Under the pieces are notes generated by a model, which did not search any database, had not been told where the DNA came from, and was given only the letters and a program-made list of their open reading frames with translations. A stretch of DNA of 64,000 nt from Antedon mediterranea. Its lineage: Eukaryota > Animalia > Echinodermata. Every line of letters starts with the position of its first letter. The first letter of the stretch is position 1. Shown here piece after piece: positions 61,899 to 64,000 of this stretch. The position numbers were made by a program, and so were the translations under genes. The stretch lies in assembly GCF_964355755.1 (NCBI RefSeq), contig NC_092675.1:2165812-2229811 (forward strand), in the 5' to 3' direction.

Positions 61899-62300
61899 TG
61901 AGTGAGTGAGTGAGTGGCCGAGCGGTTAGTGAGTGAGTGGCCGGGCGGTTAGTGAGTGAGTGGCCGGGCGGTTAGTGAGTGAGTGAGTGGCCGGGCGGTT
62001 AAGACAGTGGAACCGTAATTACGTAGCCATAACATCGGCAGGGGTTCGAGGCTCACTCACTCCATGGTTCTGGTGGCACAACGAGTCTTCTCGTATAAGG
62101 ACTATAAACCGTAGGTCCAGTGTACACATCTAGCTCGTGTGCACTTTAAGGAACCTAGTACATCTTTTGAGACGAGTAGGGGGTTACCCCGGTGTATTAG
62201 TACATCACAGCCCCTGATCACCAACTGGTCCCTCTGAAAGACCAGTCTTTGACTGAAGAGGTTACCCAGTATAAATATATATTTCAATCTATTTCAATCA
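61899..62300 (+). mobile_element. tRNA-derived SINE (Meta-domain-like body) with tandemly repeated A-box
   Basis: A-box tggccgagcgg, B-box ggttcgaggc, acceptor-like gagtgag/ctcactc-ca, body taaggactataaaccgtaggtcc...gcactttaaggaacc, AT-rich tail tatttcaatc x2. Confidence 0.8.
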
Positions 62301-64000
62301 ATTATATTTTTAAACCTGTAAACTAGGCCTTATTGAGAATTGAACTCGGGTAAGACTAGAAGAAGCTAAAGAAAAATTACCACTTGGTAGTTTGTGAGAT
62401 TGGTAAATGATAGTCATTTTCTGTAATAGTCTTAAGGTCATCAGTACATCTCCCTGCAGCTATATAATGATTTAAGTTATGCTACATATGTTATAATAAC
62501 AACAACATTTCTGGAACATGAACCAATTTTGAAAGTTGTAACAGAAAAGATTATAAATTAAAGTTTGCTTTCGATACATTAATCAAAGTTTTGTTTAAAA
62601 AAACTAACAAAAAAACAGCACAGACAAGATATTTAACGATACTTTCTAAAAATATTTCAAAAACAGCAATAAAAATTTGGCATCTTCTGTGAAAATAAAA
62701 TCATAGTCGCAAGGTCGTTGACTTGACAGCCAGCGTTACCTTGTATAACAACTGGTAAATTTTGCTCAAATCTAAACTCGTAAAAATGTCTGAACACGAA
62801 TTATGTTGCAATGGCGTTATAATTCATGTTCCAGGCGCATTGCAGGATAGCATGCGAATAGATAACAGATTTGTCACCTTTTATGATGGATGTGTTTTTA
62901 TGCTTTGTTAATTAACAAATCAAAACTGCTGTAAATATTAAGTGCTGAGGTACAAACAGGTTAAACATGATGATTGGGTTTATTAGTAGTATTATATGAA
63001 TTTAGAAATTATCAAGGGACATCTAGCACATTCCATACACAATACTGTACAACGTAAAAAAAACTCAACATACATCCATAGTAGTAGTAGTAGTAGTATA
63101 GATTAAATACCAGTGTGAACAAAGCTTAAGGTGTTAAAAGAGTAAAGCAATTAGTACATCCACAAATATTTTGACTCTAGCATGAATTTAATTGATTAAA
63201 CGATTTATGAACCATCTTCTTGTCAAATCCATCACCACTAAATTAGATTCCATTATGACCTTCCTAAATACCTACTTCCACACTACAGTACATGCCTACA
63301 GATTAAATACAACATTTAATTTATATAAAAGTATTTGATTTTGAGGTAATTTGTCTTCCTTTACATGGGGTTTTGTCAGAGACACAAAGAAAATAGAGCG
63401 TTTTGCATCATCGATTAGTAAAAGCACATGATTTTGTACTCAAGAATGTTAAAATATGAAAATATTATAACAGATATTACTCCAACGCTATCCCTCACCC
63501 CCAATCCCCATAACCAGGAATGTTACAGTTTGGTATTGTATATAGTGTGGTGCTAGATCATTTAGGTATAGTTAATATAATTATTCAATTACAGTAGTTT
63601 ATTACATTGTAAGCATACACATGTCCTCAAAAACTTGCTCAGATTTTGGGGATATGTTTAACCGATTTCTAACTACAGTCAGGCCTAAAGTCTCATTTGA
63701 AAGTTGATTCATCCATATTGTTTTTCCTAAAACCCCTGTTGAAAGTTAATAAACCATGATTTACAAGAAGATGTGTGAGGTAACCCTCTGTTATACACCA
63801 CCAATGTATCTCCATACTAAATCAGCATTTGTAAAAACAAACTAAGCATCTTTTACTATCTATAAGTGTCTTTAATCAGATGGTATAAATTCCATTGATG
63901 TTGGCAAGCCAACTGGCCTGATTGAATTGTGTTAAGGTCTACCCCCTCTTCACCTTAAATCAGTCAAATGCTGTCTGATGGCAAGATTGATGTAAGATTT

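Noticed and set aside
62740-62880. Candidate upstream Wnt exon (donor-like AAG|GTAAC)
   Set aside because: No Wnt motifs found in the frames examined.

Overview
This is AT-rich eukaryotic (metazoan, invertebrate-like) genomic DNA with GT-AG introns; the species cannot be fixed from the sequence. The left 44 kb is gene-dense, and I rebuilt spliced reading frames by hand. It holds HACD3/PTPLAD1 (-, 11 coding exons) head-to-head with an intronless FEM1B (+), a patched-domain/PTCHD3-like RND protein (-), an SLC16/MCT transporter (+), NDUFA13/GRIM-19 (+), a TEX45/SAXO5-like protein (-), and an intronless mTERF (-) head-to-head with USE1 (+). The right 20 kb is gene-poor: it contains only the last coding exon of a Wnt ligand (probably WntA, -), whose upstream exons lie outside the window. 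Many small non-autonomous transposons are scattered throughout: two abundant Harbinger-like MITE families, a pogo/Tigger-like element, a hairpin-ended element with 9-bp TSDs, CR1/L2-type LINE 3' ends and tRNA-derived SINEs. The most unusual observations are (i) a MITE inserted into a copy of itself at an internal TTA where two other copies are also broken, (ii) (T)AGGCCTA(G) clusters just inside the 5' ends of most genes, and (iii) a SINE whose pol III A-box is amplified four times. I found no clearly novel protein-coding system.
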